64,000 nucleotides of DNA from Tubiluchus corallicola. Taxonomy: Eukaryota > Animalia > Priapulida. The stretch lies in assembly GCA_030141605.1 (NCBI GenBank), contig JAQGDQ010002370.1:523167-587166 (forward strand), given 5' to 3'. Of this stretch, positions 61,701 through 64,000 are shown piece after piece. Positions within the stretch are counted from its first letter, which is position 1. The number at the start of each line of letters is the position of its first letter. Position numbers and translations under genes: made by a program. The notes beneath the pieces were generated by a model. The model was not told the origin of the DNA. It saw only the letters and a list, made by a program, of their open reading frames with translations, and made no database searches.

Positions 61701-64000
61701 CGGTTGTGTGGTGTTGGTGTAGTGTGGTGTGGTGCATGTAGTATGGTTTGTCATTGTGGGTTTATGCGTAAAATTTTTTGTGGGATTTGGCTAGTCAATT
61801 AATTAAACAACTTTAACAGATTAACGAATTGCTACCACTTTCTCGTATTGAACAGAGGTCATAATATCTAATCACCCTACCAGATTTATACTTATCTGAA
61901 TTATGGAAACATGCAACTTAAATCAATTTAAAATTAACTTTTTCTTGCTTCTCGGCATCAGTTGCAAATATTATAAGTCGTCGAACTAATAATAATTATT
62001 GTAAAAATAAGAATGGGCTTTTAAAATTGGACGATAACAATGTGTATTTAATTCTTAAGTGCTGGACGGACACAGCTACATCAGAAACATGGAATCTGTA
62101 GGTGGTGATAACAGAGCGCTAGTGTACCAAATCTAATTTTAACAGTTAGCACTTTTTTGTCCTCCGCAAATAAATAAATTGTCCAGTGCAAGAACACCTG
62201 CCATAATGTAATCGTATACAATAACAATTGCAAAAGCATTGTATCTGCAACGAACATAAACATTAAATCTCTTACGATTTTAATTGTAGATATACTTGTA
62301 ATATTTATTAAGATTTGTCAATTTTCTATCGTGGTAGTTTCTTGAATCATCACACCTGTGCAACAAATATAAGTTAAATAGCAGTGAATAGAGGGTTATA
62401 ATTATAATTCGTGTGATGAATGGTAACATGGATATAATTAAATTTTCCTAAACTCTACATTGGAACGGGCGTGCGTACTTCTAACAAAATGAAGGGGGAA
62501 GTTATCGACTAAGTTAGTCACCAAGTTGGCTTAACCGCTTAGATATCTCCCCTGAATTTCGTGCTGTACACACATTGTTTAACTTACTACATTAGCTTTA
62601 AGCATTTTAGCACTCGAAACTGTGCTGCCAGTTTGACTTGCATTATTTTTAATTAGTATCAAAATTAATAATGAAACAGATCCTAAAGACCAGAAAGATC
62701 AATGCATTTGCAATTAGTTGCATACTAGTCAGCACAAAACCATTATATATATGCCACAAAGATAAAATTGGCAAGTAGCCAAAAGCTTTCAAAATAGAAG
62801 ATAAATGAAAGCTTGAACACGCCCACAAAAAACTACTGCGTTAATGAAATTACAAGAACTATTCTGATTTACAAAAGACTGACAATTCTTCATTTCTCAT
62901 TTTCTAGTATAAGCCTGAATCCAGATACTATAGGTTCTTGCTCTCATGCAACAAGATTAATAATAAAGGTTTAAATAATTCTAAACTTTTATTACTTAAT
63001 TTGATTTATGCTATTTAGACTGTAAATGTTCACTTACTCTTAGAACTTGTATCCTGGAGTGTAGTGGTTCTAACTTACAAAGATATCTATTGGATAGTGG
63101 GCATAGTTGCTTGTCGATTAGTTGTATGTTGGTCAACGGTCAGTTCGTTGAGGATTTCGGTCAGATTCTGGCCGTTGTACGTCTATAATGCTTATTTTCA
63201 ATTAGAGGAAGAGTCATTCAACAATAAAAAGTAAATTTCAGTTTACTCTTCATGAGTGGTTTAAAATAATTTCCCAAAATGAGATGAATATATATGGAAC
63301 ATTAGAAATGCGCTTAGATGGCCCAATTGAACAAAGGTTGCCCCTATTTCTTCGAGGTTTCCGGCTCCCAACGGAAGTGGTACTGGCGTAGCAGTGTCTA
63401 GTTTTTTTGCTGAATTACTGCTGCGTTTACCTGTCTGAAGGCAGATTTCTTTTATTTTAGAATTCTGCCTGCAATGTCTACAATAGACGTGACGGGCGTA
63501 TGATGATGATGATGAAGAATGATTGAGTGACAGTTGTTGGGCGCCAAGTAATCCACTAGCCCAAGTAGGACAATTGGCGTACATGGGCTAGCCCAAGTAG
63601 GACACTAGAGACAGGTCGCGAATTGAGTCGTTAAGCGTACTGGCACCGTCCGTTGTCCTTGTTTATGTAATAATAACAATTAAAAACGTCAACACACGTC
63701 GAATAATTTATTATACATCTGGTAAAATAAAAGAATTTTATTCTGAGCTGGTAGAACGGACAATATTAAATTTGGTTTCGATATTAATGTTGTTGAAGTG
63801 AAATAAACCCACTTTTTAGCGATTTCAACATTTATTTAAGGTATATCATTTTTTATTTTGTCTCGCTTCACAGACAGGCAATCCATTTCACTACCTCTTG
63901 GACGAATAATTGTTTTCTCCTAAGTAAACGTTCTAGCGATATATGTGCCCTACATGGGCTAGCAAGCCATGTACGACAGTGCCCTACATGTTACAATACT

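Noticed and set aside
63261-64000. 107-aa minus ORF and short repeats (ctagcccaagtaggaca x2; gtgccctacatg x2)
   Set aside because: No recognisable domain; probably a repeat element truncated by the window edge and cannot be supported.

Overview
AT-rich, intron-rich eukaryotic DNA, almost certainly from an invertebrate animal; the CRF/DH44-type receptor suggests a bilaterian. Four protein-coding genes can be assembled by hand with phase-consistent GT-AG junctions. (1) A ~1783-aa protein (591-6136, +) has a helical N-terminal domain, a very long disordered middle and an IRE1/RNase L-type kinase-KEN module in which both catalytic centres look substituted (HRD to HGG; RNase His to Tyr). (2) A 12-exon class B1 GPCR of CRF/DH44-receptor type lies at 9926-29412 (+). 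(3, 4) Two tandem SLC28/CNT concentrative nucleoside transporter paralogues lie at 33015-42723 and 44137-58796 (both -). Introns and intergenic DNA carry many mobile-element relics: a decayed RTE-X-like LINE with a nested hAT MITE, an Academ-like relic nested in another TIR element, pogo-like and Harbinger-like MITEs, and elements with repetitive TIRs. Other notable structures are a Penelope-type inverted repeat carrying two minimal hammerhead ribozyme motifs, a perfect 136-bp inverted duplication, a 25-kb-distant copy of a splice-acceptor segment, a recent 607-bp tandem duplication and long microsatellites. All calls were made by eye; no database searches or folding programs were run.
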